A DNA stretch of 64,000 nucleotides, taken from contig OZ176053.1 in assembly GCA_964247055.1 (NCBI GenBank), positions 2,914,001 to 2,978,000 on the forward strand. The letters run 5' to 3'. The translations under genes were made by a program, and so were the position numbers. Positions within the stretch are counted from its first letter, which is position 1, and each line of letters opens with the position of its first letter. This document shows, one piece after another, positions 1 through 11,927 of this stretch. The stretch is from Paragordius varius (lineage: Eukaryota > Animalia > Nematomorpha). The notes below the pieces were generated by a model. The model was not told the origin of the DNA. It was given only the letters and a program-made list of their open reading frames with translations, and did not search any database.

Positions 1-849
1 GGGCCTCTATTTTATATATTTAAAGCTTAAATAGGTAATTTATAAAAAACTTTTTATTGTTTCATATTAATATATATATATATATATATTATTACCATTT
101 TTAGATATTTAATCGGTCGAAGATTAGTTAATTTTGAACGAAAAAACAAACAAACATCCCAAAATACTTCACAAGAGGCATTAAAAACAAATTAAATAAA
201 ATTAGTAGTGTGGCTCAGTTCCAATATATTTTTATTTAATAATGATTTACCTTTATATTTATGTATAATATAAGTTTTATATAGAATTAGTTTTCTCCTT
301 TGTATTTGTGTATGTGATTGTAAATAAATAATAGCATATATAGTATTTATACATTGATGTGGTATTGACTAAAATTTTGAGTTTTTTGTTTATTGAGTCT
401 AGATTTTTTGTCTTTAAGTTATAAATGATTGATTTATAGATAGTTTAGTCAACAAGATTTGATAAAAGTTTTTTTCACAAATCATATATGACGAGCGACT
501 AGTCAATATTTATAGGCACATTTCAAAGCACTCATATAATTTGATTTAAAAATAGATGTCATTTTGTTTTATTAGGATGAAAAAGACTAAAGGTTCAGAA
601 ATTTTTAAACAAATTCAAAAAGTTGGCCAATATACATCTAATATAGTCATTAATTAGGAATAGACTATTTTTCTAAACGAAAAAGTCATTTAAGAAGGAT
701 AATTCGGAATTGTCGATAAATAATTTATTGATATTATATAAAAAATATAAACTATGCCAATTGCGAATTAAATATAAACTAATTGATAAAAATTAAATTA
801 GCTAGAATAAATTAATTTTTTGGACGGGGTAATGGGTAGGCAATATATT

Positions 850-1821
850 TTATTTTCGGTTACATTTAAGGGTGGCTTCGTTTATATCCTCTTCAGACAT
901 AATTTTAGTTTCGATTAATGCTTTAAACATTTGATACTTGGAATGTCCAATAAATTTTTGATCCAGAAAAGCTGGAAATCCTCTGTAACCATCGTCCATA
1001 GTGTATAAAGGTACCCGACAAAACCCCAAAACCTAAATAATGAGAAAAAAAGTATAAATGAGGACGCGATCATAATACAAAGTAGTTAATTAATCAGGCA
1101 TTATGTAATAAATAGCCTTAGATGCATAACGATATATTAATAAATTTATGAAGGGGATTCACAATACTAGATAATAAAGGGACATAATTTAATGAAATAA
1201 TATAAGATTTATAAAATAAGACATCTTAATTTTAAAAGACAATTAGGTAATTAGATTAATAAAAAAAATACGTAAATTTTAAATAATTTGATACTTCTTT
1301 CCCATAATCGTGGGCTAATAAACATCGTTTTTCTAAATCACAAAAATCTTCATACTTTAGTTTTTTCACATAAAAATGAAGACAAAGTTCCTGTTCTTTG
1401 ATAATATTTGAAATCTAAATAAATAAAAAATAGTGTACTAAATGATCTTGCTTATAAATGGTATATTTTTTAGAATCCCATCCAATCTCTTCACTAAGTT
1501 CGCGTGTTAAAGATTCCTCAAAAGATTCGTCTGTTGAATCAACTATCCCACCTGGAAATCCGAGAAAACCATCAAATCGAACTTGCATCTAAATATCACA
1601 TTTTATTTTTGAAATACGTATATTGCAGCTTTAGTCCAATATTTGTTAAATGTTAAAACATCGTGTGGGGCATAAATCATACAATGCGTGGCATGAGTGT
1701 AATCTTTTAATTTTATTGCATCTTTATAATCGATTTCTTCAACGTTGCGAAAAGATAAGTACCATTTATCAAAATGTTCTTCTCGTTCGACACATTTTTT
1801 GTCATCATGATATCCATTCAT
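850..1821 (-). CDS. NUDT16: Nudix hydrolase 16 (U8 snoRNA-decapping enzyme / IDP phosphatase family), about 218 aa, 4 exons
   Basis: Exons 1821-1618, 1588-1439, 1414-1295, 1032-850 join at GT-AG introns of 29, 24 and 262 nt, all phase 0. The translation contains HATHCMIYAP, AAIY|MQVRFDGFLGFPGGIVD, the Nudix box ...LTRELSEEIG, HFYVKKL, AHDYGKE|VLGFCRVPLYTMDDG and GFPAFLDQKFIG. These are collinear with recalled NUDT16 motifs (MQMRFDGRLGFPGG, RELREELG, DHGLEVLGLVRVPLY). Confidence 0.92.
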
Positions 1822-1952
1822 TTGAAAATACAAAATAAATCGAAAATTTAAATCTCAAACTTATTTCATATGACCCAAATTTTTCAAGAGTGAAAAACTG
1901 TTATAAAAAAAAGATATTTTATTTGCTGCTTAAGTGAATTTTTTATTTTTAA

Positions 1953-2512
1953 CTTTTTGATTCAAATTGGGGTATCTAAATAACCCAGACTATTTGAATT
2001 ATTTTTAAATAATTGAAGGAAACGTTCCCAATTTAAATTTATGCTTCTATCCTAATAAAAATTATATAAATAGGCAAAAATATCTAAATAAAATTTTGTT
2101 TTGAAAAAAAAGTTCCATGTAACACTTCTTCGACGCCATTTTTATTTTACAAAAAATATCGTCTTCATTTAATTTTAAGGGTAAATTTAAAGCTATTTTT
2201 TATTCAAATTACATCTAACATTGAGAGAAATAGAAAAAGCGGTTTATTTTGTATTATTTTTCAATTTTACCATTGCACACATGTCACGTTGACTAAATTT
2301 TTACCTTTAGGTTTTAGCATAAAATTAGTAATATCATTTTTGAATAAAGATTTTTATATATTTCAGTTTATTAATGTTATATAAGTGCAAAATTTTGCCA
2401 TGGTTTCAATTCCTTCCATATTTTTTAAAGAATTCAATTATAAACAGGCCTGGGGTATTTAACTACCCCAATTTGAATCGAAGGACTAAAATGAATGTGT
2501 TGTATCCAAGTG
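1953..2512 (-). mobile_element. piggyBac-type MITE, family copy 1 (reverse orientation, decayed ends)
   Basis: Reverse complement of 23869-24448 along its length. TTAA at 1949-1952; the right end ...TGTATCCAAGTG is followed by TTGA (mutated TTAA). Confidence 0.8.
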
Positions 2513-4679
2513 TTGAAATAATTATTATCATCACTCACGAATCTGAGATAATAATATATTATCTGTTGGAAAAAAGTAATGATACTTCTGATTTTGTTTT
2601 TAGAGCTTAATTTCTAAATTGCTAAATAATATTAGGCCGAAATATGGATATTACTTCTAAATAGGAAAGTCCATCGGCATCATCGTTGATCTTTTGATTT
2701 GGGGTTATAAATCACATAAACTAAGCACAAAATAATGGTCTAATATATATTTTGATTGAATAATGTATAAAAATATTTTATCTGGATTTGGGCTTTATGA
2801 TTCATAAAGAACGCAAATACTACTTTTGGGGCAATTACTGATATCACATCAAACGACTCAGTTTGTTTATTTGGGATGTTTTTATGCCTTAAAATTGTGA
2901 TTGAGTATTTTAGAGTCATTTTGGTTATTCCCGGCCTTACTCCCTAAATCAAAAAACTGAATCAATATATGTTTTTTATTTGATTATAGGAAAGGTATTT
3001 ATAATTTTTATATGGGATGTTTTGTAAAAAAAATATAACTCACCTTTTGCTTTACGGACAAAGTGCAAAAAAATTTATATAAGTCTTATATCATTTTTTT
3101 AACGCAATATGATGAGCATGCTCTGGATATATAGTAAATAAAGTTATAATAATAATTAAAACCGCATAATTACAAGTTTATTAGATTCAAATTTAATATC
3201 AATGTGCTATTTTTTAGCATTAATACCAGTAACATCAAGGACCCTCTAAAAATATTTAAAATCGTTATGTTAATATTTAGCGTTTAGGAATATGTCTATA
3301 ATATATATTATCAAATAAAATTTCCGTGGCCGGTTTTTTTTGTATTTTTGATTTTATTCGACTTGCAGCATGTATTTTTTTCTAACCTGTAAACTGCATT
3401 TATTTTTGACATTTATTATCTTAAAGCTTTTAGTTATCAAATAATATATGATTGATAAATTGCGCATTTTTTATCCTTGTTTTTGCCGAATTTCGGACTT
3501 TTTTATATATAAATGTTCTAAAAAATCTTAAAAGGTGGTTAGACTTTTGGAGCCCACATTTTCTGTATTTATTGCATTTGAAATCTTTTTTTATAGCTTT
3601 AAATAATCCTTGAAAATCCAGATACCCTTTTTATATATGTTTTTCATCGGGATACTTTGTGAACTGCTTATATGCAAAAACGCTTTTTTTACCTTTTACT
3701 CCAACTTAATTATTTTATTGTTTTTAAAAGCAATAATTAATATTCAAGAATCGTTCAATGCCATTTGGTCAATAAATCGTTTTTTAAAAATAATCATGGA
3801 ATATAAGACTTTTGCCAAATATTTTTAAATTTTATTGTTAATTTTACATAAAAAAATAATATTGACCGAGACAAATAGAGAAATTATAATCAACAAGTAA
3901 AATTTATAATATTTTATTTAATAAAATTGTTAAAATATTAATCGGTTAGATTGTAACAACACAAAACTTTTCTAATTGAAGTCCAAAACATATATATATG
4001 CCTTTTTACCGGCTAATGATTATAATTTTTCAAATCCATTATTAATATATATGGTCAGAAAGATATATAAATGTTTATTGGAATCAATCAAAACCAAAAA
4101 ATAAATCACATATATATTCTTTTGTTGGTAATTCTCAAATTCACATTATTTTATTAATCTTTGATTTAAGAAAATGCGGTTGATTATTTTAGAAAACTCA
4201 ACTAGACTTTTATATAAACTATTAAATATGAAAGCGTAAACTTCTATATGTATTATTAACAGATTTCGATCAAAAAAATTCATCATACCTAAAACTCAAA
4301 CATCGTTTTTTATATACGGATAAGAACCAAACAATTTGACAAAGATGGTTAAATCAGCATAATCTTGGGGAATAGCACACAATATATTATTAAACGGTCA
4401 ATGATGATATCATTTTTTCACTATATAAAATTATTTTAGAGGAAATCTTTAGCCACCTTTGTGACAAAGAGTGGTGACATTCAAATAATATATGGATATA
4501 ATAATTAACATACTTTTAAATGAAACCAAGTTAGTTTACGATAAATAGAAATCTAATCAAGAAAAGCTTTAGCAAGAAATTTATTCGTATAATAAGATAA
4601 CTACTAAGAGTAATAGCATTGAAGTGGAAAGAAATTAAATCATTATCATTATTATTTAATTCGCATTATCATTTTGCAA

Positions 4680-6371
4680 TCAATTGTATAAAGTAGGACG
4701 CTTACACAACGGACACATAGTGGGTTCTTTCGAATCAAATGGCCTAGCGCAAACTGGACAGCACGTCATTTTTGGTGGATCGTTATTTATGTAAAAATTT
4801 GGTGGTTGTTGATTAATAGGCGGTGGTTGTTGGTAACTCATATCATACCCATAGTTTGGTATTTGTTGCCCAAATTTAGCGCCTTGATTTTGGTTAACCA
4901 CAAGAGTATTTCGCTTACATTCCGGACATTGGGTTAAGGCTTGACCGGTGGGAAATGTTGGCTCTTGATTCCCCATAGAATTCCACAATCCTTCGCCTTG
5001 TTGTCCGGGCAAAAAGAAGAGTGGAACACTACAGGGTGCTTGAAATGACATAGGCATCATATTATTACCGAAACCGTTAACATTATTAATGGTATTTTGC
5101 CCTTCGGGTGGTATAGGATTGTTAAACCTCTCAATCGGTTGCATGCAAGCTTCACAATAAACCTTCTTAATTGGTTGAATCTCATACGGTTGATTGTTGG
5201 TTGGGTATTGAGGCACAGAATAATTGACTGCAGGCGGGCCTTGTTGATTAACCCCAAAATTTGGTGGTGGACAAACAACGGGCATATTAAACTGCTCTTG
5301 TTGCTGCGGTTGTTGTGTCATATTCATATTATTGTAGGGTGTTTGCTCAATCTTAAGAGTCATTCTGTGACATGCCGGACATTCGGTACACCCTGTGCCA
5401 GGAAATGATGGAGGAGGAGCATTAACCATTGATGGGCCTATGTTATTAACCATCATGGATTGGCCAAACATATTGCCGTTATTTAAATAATTACCGGCAC
5501 TTCTAAAATCTGAATTAACCGGAGGAAAACATGATTGTTGTTGGAACTGAGGTTGTGCCGAAGCGTTGAAAGCTAAGTTATTAGTTGTTGAAGGACACGG
5601 GACTCTTAAAGTATTTCGCTTGCATTCAGGACACTGAACGACTTTATCGGTGTTTCCAGAGCTGGGAAATACTTCGTTAGAGAAGGGAATAGGTTGTGGT
5701 GGTGCAAGGTATTGTGGGGCAGGCTGTGTTGCAGCATAATTCATTGGCATTTGTTGCGGTTGTTGAGGCATAAAATCAAAGGTTGGTTCATTTACAAGCA
5801 ATGTATTACGCTTACAGTCAGGGCATTGAACTAATTTTTGTTGCATTGATCCTTCTGGTCTCCCTTGATTACCCATAGGCCTTGGGAATTGATTCATTCC
5901 CCCATTAAATACAGTTTCATAAGAGATTTGACTTTGTCCACAAACTTTACAATTACTGACTTTTGGCACGGTCATTGGTGTGGGAGCGTTTTGAATCATC
6001 ACTGGTTGATTGTCTGAGAAACCTGGAAACGCAAAGTTCATTGGCTGTTGCGATGGAAATGGAATAGAGGCCGTTGAAATATCGCCATAATTTGAGGGCA
6101 TTATGGTAGGATCATTATTTTGTGCTATCGGAATATTAAAATTGGTATTTACATTCCCACCAGGTGCATGGCACACAGGACAAAGACCCCCCGTAGCGGG
6201 TTGATCAAAATTATCATCGGGTACGTCTATAACTTTATTAATCATAAGAGTATTTCTGTGACATGCTGGACATTGCGTGAGTGTGGGGACAATAATATTT
6301 TTGGTTTGCCGTGTCCCAGGAAATTTCCCAGGTCTGGCACAGAGAGATGGGCTAAACATTTGTTGTTGCAT
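4680..6371 (-). CDS. Intronless 563-aa Pro/Gln/Asn/Met-rich protein with ten CxxC (zinc-knuckle-like) motifs; family not recognised
   Basis: 1692-nt open frame from ATG to TGA, clearly GC-richer than its flanks. Internal repeats CPxC[KH]RxTL x6 and CxxC x4 are also visible at nucleotide level (e.g. 5356-5395 vs 6246-6285). Confidence 0.85.
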   Translation of the reverse strand: MQQQMFSPSLCARPGKFPGTRQTKNIIVPTLTQCPACHRNTLMINKVIDVPDDNFDQPATGGLCPVCHAPGGNVNTNFNIPIAQNNDPTIMPSNYGDISTASIPFPSQQPMNFAFPGFSDNQPVMIQNAPTPMTVPKVSNCKVCGQSQISYETVFNGGMNQFPRPMGNQGRPEGSMQQKLVQCPDCKRNTLLVNEPTFDFMPQQPQQMPMNYAATQPAPQYLAPPQPIPFSNEVFPSSGNTDKVVQCPECKRNTLRVPCPSTTNNLAFNASAQPQFQQQSCFPPVNSDFRSAGNYLNNGNMFGQSMMVNNIGPSMVNAPPPSFPGTGCTECPACHRMTLKIEQTPYNNMNMTQQPQQQEQFNMPVVCPPPNFGVNQQGPPAVNYSVPQYPTNNQPYEIQPIKKVYCEACMQPIERFNNPIPPEGQNTINNVNGFGNNMMPMSFQAPCSVPLFFLPGQQGEGLWNSMGNQEPTFPTGQALTQCPECKRNTLVVNQNQGAKFGQQIPNYGYDMSYQQPPPINQQPPNFYINNDPPKMTCCPVCARPFDSKEPTMCPLCKRPTLYN

Positions 6372-7029
6372 TTTAGGGTCGATACTTACTTACTAACCAA
6401 AATTGTAATAGCGAAATATATACATTAACTTTTAAAGTAAATGAAGTTAAATATATATGATAATCATTAATAAATGAGTATTAAAAAAAGTTAACAATCA
6501 ATTAAAATTTGCAATATTAGATTAAACAACTTTTAAATATTGTCTCTCATGCCACATCAAAACTAATTTGCTTTTTTTACAGAAAAACTATATAAAACTT
6601 TATACACAACAAATAATTTGAGCAAAACATTAAAAAAATTAACTTAAATCTTGATATTATTTAACTATTATTATAACAGCCATCGCTGTAAAAATTTAAA
6701 GAGATGTATTTAGAACTCAAAAATATATGAATGCTACCATAATAAAAATAGTGAATAACCGTCTGATCACATATAAATGCTTAGATAAAACCGTATTCGC
6801 TATTGAAATTTTTTAAATATCTTACTTTTTAGTATATTTATTAAATAAAGCTTTGTTAGGGAGCGGTCTTCATATTCAAGAAAACTAACCAGAGAGTATT
6901 GTAAGTATCATTATTGACATTTCTATTGCCAGCGACATTTATGTCTAACATTCTTAAAAACTTTCATATAATCATATAATAAAATTACATTAGGTCATAT
7001 TCGTAAACTATTCCGATATGAACCCTAAT

Positions 7030-7470
7030 TATGGCGTTTTAGCATTTAAGTTTGGTTTTGCCATGTTTCCTTTACCGTATCTATCCAAAGCGTTTGAGGA
7101 CTTCTTCCCCTTTCATCTTTGACAATACTCATCAATCTTTTGACCGATATAATTACCATCTTCTAGGTGTCCAAACCATATAAGATTTAATATCCTCTTT
7201 CGTATTAATTTTATCTCAGGACTTTCTATAGAATTCCATACTTTATCCTAATTTGTAACAGCACATGATAAGCTATCTCATTAGAGTAACTTCAATGTAC
7301 TTGTCTTCTGATTCCATTAGTACCGCGTCTGTGAATGACATATCATTGCTGTACAACAGGACTGTTTAATCTTACCTTTTACTTTTAAATCAATATTTTG
7401 ATCGCATAAACATTTCAGGATCTTTTATAATTTGCCCAAATATTTGGAATTCCTCAATTTATATCATGCA
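7030..7470 (-). mobile_element. Degenerate RTE-clade LINE, 3' part of the RT ORF
   Basis: Minus-strand fragments in shifting frames resemble EFKYLGQI, KGKI, E.K.EVT.MR, WFGHLE and RGR..P..LWIDTVKE, the typical C-terminal region of RTE ORFs. Many stops and frameshifts. Confidence 0.7.
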
Positions 7471-9219
7471 TTAAAGAACCATCTACTGCTAAAATTGGTC
7501 CTAAATATTTTCTTCTTCATCGTGAACATTTTTTGTCCCACATTCCCATTGAAATCACCATAGGCCTTCGAACGATTTCGCAAATACCAGTTTCATTAAC
7601 CCCATTTCGGTTTCGAAATTTCACGACACCCGGTTCCATTTTTTATTTCCTAGGAATCAGCCCGGTTCCGGTTCTAATCTCAAATAGTGGCTCCCATATA
7701 AGATTATTTGCAAAAATAAAATATAGTTTAAATTACTATTTAAATTTGATTGTCTAATAAGAATTTTTTTGGTTTGCCATCAAAGTGAAAGGAATCATAA
7801 TTTTAGAATATATTGTTTAATGATTATTTTTAAACTTCATAATGATTCATTTTTTTGCATACGATTGAAATGTAATTACTGTGTGAATATTTTTCTTCTC
7901 AATTCCTATTAACATTTAAAGAGTATATCACAGACATAATTATTGAGGTAGATTTTTTTGAATTATAGATTAATTAAGCTTATTAACTAACAAATAAACT
8001 TCTGATAAAAAAGTATAAACTGTATTTTGGAATCCCATAGCTTATAAAAAATGAAAATACGATAATCCAGGTCATGCTTTTTTATATTTTCTAATTTTAC
8101 AAATTTTATATGATTACTTTATACTATTTTAAAAACCATAAACTATAGTGTCCATATTTACTCATAAAGGAAAAATGAACCACACTATATATCAGTGATA
8201 TTCAGGGCCAGGAACCGTATGAGACCCGGAAAATGATTTTCTGGTCAGAGATTCAAAAAATATTTTAATATTATCTTAGAATGCTAGATAAGCGGTACAT
8301 ATTTCGACAGCCCAATATGTATGAATTAGTTGCAATGTGTTAACAAACAAGTAATGAATATGTTCAATGTACAATAATTGTTGATATTTTGGGTTTATGT
8401 TTTTATAATAAAAATATTGTATGAAAATCATTTAATATAAAATCAACAGCTGAAATAGAACTGTTTCCGTTACAAAATTTTAGAAACACCGGTTTCATTT
8501 TTTAATTCTTAAGGAATCAAGGCGGTTCCGGTTTCAGCCATCCTCCTACTACCGCTGATTTACTTTTTTTCGAGCTGATTCTAAGTCCTGATAGCTTATA
8601 GTGACCAGATAAGCTGTTTTTCGCAGTACTGTACTGGGTTTTCTGAAAAAAACTGCGCCTGTACTGCGCCCACTTTTGTACTGCTTTTTGAAATAAAAAA
8701 AAATAATTTTTAAAATACATTATTTACCTTTTATTTATTCAAAAAAAAATATTTTAGAATTTAATATAGTACCCTCTGTAAAAATAACCTCATAATTGGT
8801 AAAAAAATGCATTTTGAGGTACAAAACTAATCTTCTCGAAATATACATAAAACATAGGATTACGACCTTTCGCGCAGTGGCGAAACTATAAATCTCGGAG
8901 TCTACACCGTAAGATTCAGGCTAATGGTTCTTTCACTTAGGGCTTCGTTTAAAATTAAAAATCTAATTTATGATATTTTTATAAATGTTTGACAGTTAGA
9001 ATTTTTTGTTCAATTATTAAACGGAAAATTATATAGAAAAATTTAAAATTCATTATATATGGCAGATGATTTCGAAATAACCTTTTTTCGTAAAAAATAG
9101 AGTTTTTACGATATCCATACTCACTAGGTTGTAGGTATAATATTTCTTAATTTTTTTCCTAAACATTAAATTTTATTTTTTTATACAGTTTAGAGTCTCT
9201 TTTTTCCTTTTTAATTAAA

Positions 9220-9373
9220 GGGCAAGGACTTAAATTGTATCCGGACTTGTGAAGGCTTTAATACTCGCCTGCCCAGGGCTGACAGTGATGATGGAAAAAT
9301 TGCGTAATATCGAGGTTCAAACTCTGTCATGCATTGCAAGAGTCCGGCGCCCTACCTACTATACCATCACGCC
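9220..9373 (-). pseudogene. tRNA-derived SINE head or tRNA pseudogene (Lys-like loop)
   Basis: Minus strand GGCGTGATGGTATAGTAGGTAGGGCGCCGGACTCTT...GAGTTTGAACCTCGATATTACGC has A-box- and B-box-like motifs and a pairable acceptor stem (GCGTGAT/ATTACGC). The anticodon and T stems do not pair. Confidence 0.35.
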
Positions 9374-9445
9374 TCTGAACATTAATTTTTATTAGTTATC
9401 TCATTTTTTTGCATAAATAAAACTGAGATATTTTGTTGAAGCGTA

Positions 9446-9736
9446 CTTCAAACTGTTTTGAAGCATGATGGAAACTGTATAACGCTTTGAGATATAATAA
9501 AATTCTTTTTCCAAATAATTCGATGATGTTGAACATTCATAGTTTAATGTTTGCTTGCAAATTTTGGTGCATTTTTGTGAAAAAAAAACAATTTTTATCT
9601 AACATAATTTTGAAAACGAACAAATATTTCAATCAAAATCCGTGTGAGAAATTAGCATTATCGAATTATATATATAAAATGTTATAACATCTCAACCGTT
9701 TATATCGTTTCCATCATGCTCAAAATAGTATGAAAG
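9446..9736. mobile_element. Old MITE-like inverted-repeat element
   Basis: Imperfect inverted arms of about 50 bp: CTGTTTTGAAGCATGATGGAAAC...GAGAT at 9453-9492 vs ATCTCAACCG...GTTTCCATCATGCTCAAAATAG at 9689-9728. Confidence 0.5.
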
Positions 9737-10160
9737 GGAATTTTACGTTTATTTTGGGACAATGATGTATGGCACCGGCTGACGCAACATCCTCTCCAGG
9801 CTAGAATCGAACAATGACCGTAAATCCTTAATGACCCCGATCTTTAACACTTACCGAAAAAACTTCAATAATTGTGGCCAACTGAGCTCTTGAAGCTGCA
9901 CTGATGAACGCGATTACGATTATACCCCGAAAACCTCGATCACTTTTAAGCTCTTGGCAAGAGGAAACGCACCAGAGTTACTAATCCTATCCCGTTGAAA
10001 ACCAACGCAAAACTTCCTGCTATATGACGATGACATCGGAACCGCTGATATTTGAGGGCTGATTACCAATATTTTACTTTTATTTGAACCGGATACTTTG
10101 CTCCAGATTGATACTATTGCGAAGTCGGTATTATTTTAAGGTTAATTCCCACTGCTGGAT

Positions 10161-10500
10161 AAGGTATGAATTTTATTTTACAACGCTCTGTTAATGTCAG
10201 TTAATATTGATGTAATTAAGGTATAAATTTTTATTTTAAAACGCTTTGTTAATGTCAGTATTGATGTAATTAAGGTATAAATTTTATTTCACAACGCTCT
10301 GTTAATGTCAGTTAGTGTTTATGTAATTAAGGTATAAATTTTTATTTCACAACGCTTTGTAAATGTCAGTTAGTATTCTTGTAATTAATGTATAAATTTT
10401 TATTTTACAACGCTCTGTTAATGTCAGTTAGTATTCATGTAACTAAGGTATAAATTTTTATTTAATAACGCTCTGTTAAAGTCAGTTAGTATTGACGTAT
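10161..10500. repeat. Minisatellite, 6 units of 54-58 bp
   Basis: Units start at 10161, 10218, 10272, 10329, 10387 and 10445. Consensus AAGGTATAAATTTTTATTTTACAACGCTCTGTTAATGTCAGTTAGTATTGATGTAATT. Confidence 0.95.
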
Positions 10501-11927
10501 AAAATCTGTTAAGGGTAAACACCTATACAGTTAGTTAAGAATATAGACTGCTTCCCACAGATATCCCACGAACAAAATGTACCACTGAATGTATAAAGCA
10601 TGCAAGACGCGACTCTGAGTAGACTATTAGCCAATTATTGTGGGACGACGTCCTGGGAAGCAATGTTGGAGCCGCTGATATTTGAGCAGGGCTGGTTACC
10701 AATCTCCGACATTTTGTTGGTCGGAGTTGAGTCTTACCTCAGAGCAAGGTCAACGACCACTTATCCCGGGTTAGCGTCCCAGTTGAAGGTACAACTGAAA
10801 CATGGTCGCACGAAGGGGTAACGTTGACGCTTGTAATGTCTAAGATCTCCAAAATTGGTCTACCTTAAAGGCCACACTCATTTAGAAGCAAAAGAAGACC
10901 CCCTTCCACACCAAAGATAAGAGCTTAATTAACTCTACATTTGATCCAATATAGACCTTTGACATTACTTTATGGAGTAATCAAACCCTGTTTGTACGGT
11001 TATTTAAACTCAAATATTGCTTTTATTTACCTAACAAGGCGATATTAACATTTCTTTTAAAAATATATGTATATATATATATATATATATAGCTTATTAA
11101 CTATACTAACTCCCATTAACACATCTAACATGAAGGCTTTTATTTATGTATGTAGATACTAACGTCAACCCAACCTCTGATGTGTTTCCCCGCTCTGAAG
11201 CTCAATGCATTACGGGTGGGTAGGGATTGCCTTGACGGCAGGTGGCCGACGATCTTCCGACGCTACACCCTTTACTTGTTTACTTGTTTACGTTTATTTT
11301 AAGAGAACGGTTAATTTTAAAAGAGCCAAAAAAATTGGGACTTTTAGAGCCACACCTAAAAACTTAAAACATTGTTTTGCTTTTTATATGGAATGTTATA
11401 TTTTAGTGATATTTGAAATCATACATTTAGCATTCACCAAAAAATATATTTAAAAAATTGCGCCCCTTTTGCAATTTTATACGGAGCACTTATTGTAAAT
11501 AACTTTTTTTAATAACTCGTAAAGGTTCAAACCAAAAGCACCATGATAATCCTGATATTTTCCTATCAGAATATAGATATATTTCATCAGGATATTTTTA
11601 ACTGTGGAATATTCCACACCGATGGTTTAAAAACAAAGCAAAGTATGTTTTAATTTTGTACTGCGTTCAAGTTAAAAATATCTGGTCACATTATGATAGC
11701 TAAACAATCATTAAATAAAAAACTCGAGTGAGAATTCAAAGTGATAAAAAAACATTTAGGGCCGTGATTTGTACCACTGATATGTAATAGTCAATAGGTA
11801 ATTTGATTTCACAGAGTTTTTAAATGGTAAATAATAATAAATTTATCACATAAACTCTGCAATCAAGCTATGGATAAGCGCACAGACTGTGTAGTTGATC
11901 ATCGTTTCGTTCATTCGTTTGTAAAGC

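Noticed and set aside
2374-2610. 78-aa plus-strand ORF
   Set aside because: Lies largely within the piggyBac MITE and is not conserved as an ORF in the other copies.
5057-6428. ORFs 5057-5278, 5097-5408 and 6120-6428
   Set aside because: Shadow frames of the 563-aa gene, open because of its higher GC content.
9790-9890. tRNA gene on the minus strand (AGCTCAGTTGG and GTTCGATTC)
   Set aside because: The T-stem and acceptor stem do not pair, the boxes are too far apart, and a T6 run lies between them.
9880-9970. Hammerhead ribozyme (CTGATGA...GAAA)
   Set aside because: Stem II does not close (A opposite C), and there is no NUH cleavage triplet in either type I or type III topology.
10161-10500. 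58-bp periodic array as CRISPR
   Set aside because: Whole units are homologous, so there is no repeat-plus-unique-spacer structure. It is a minisatellite.
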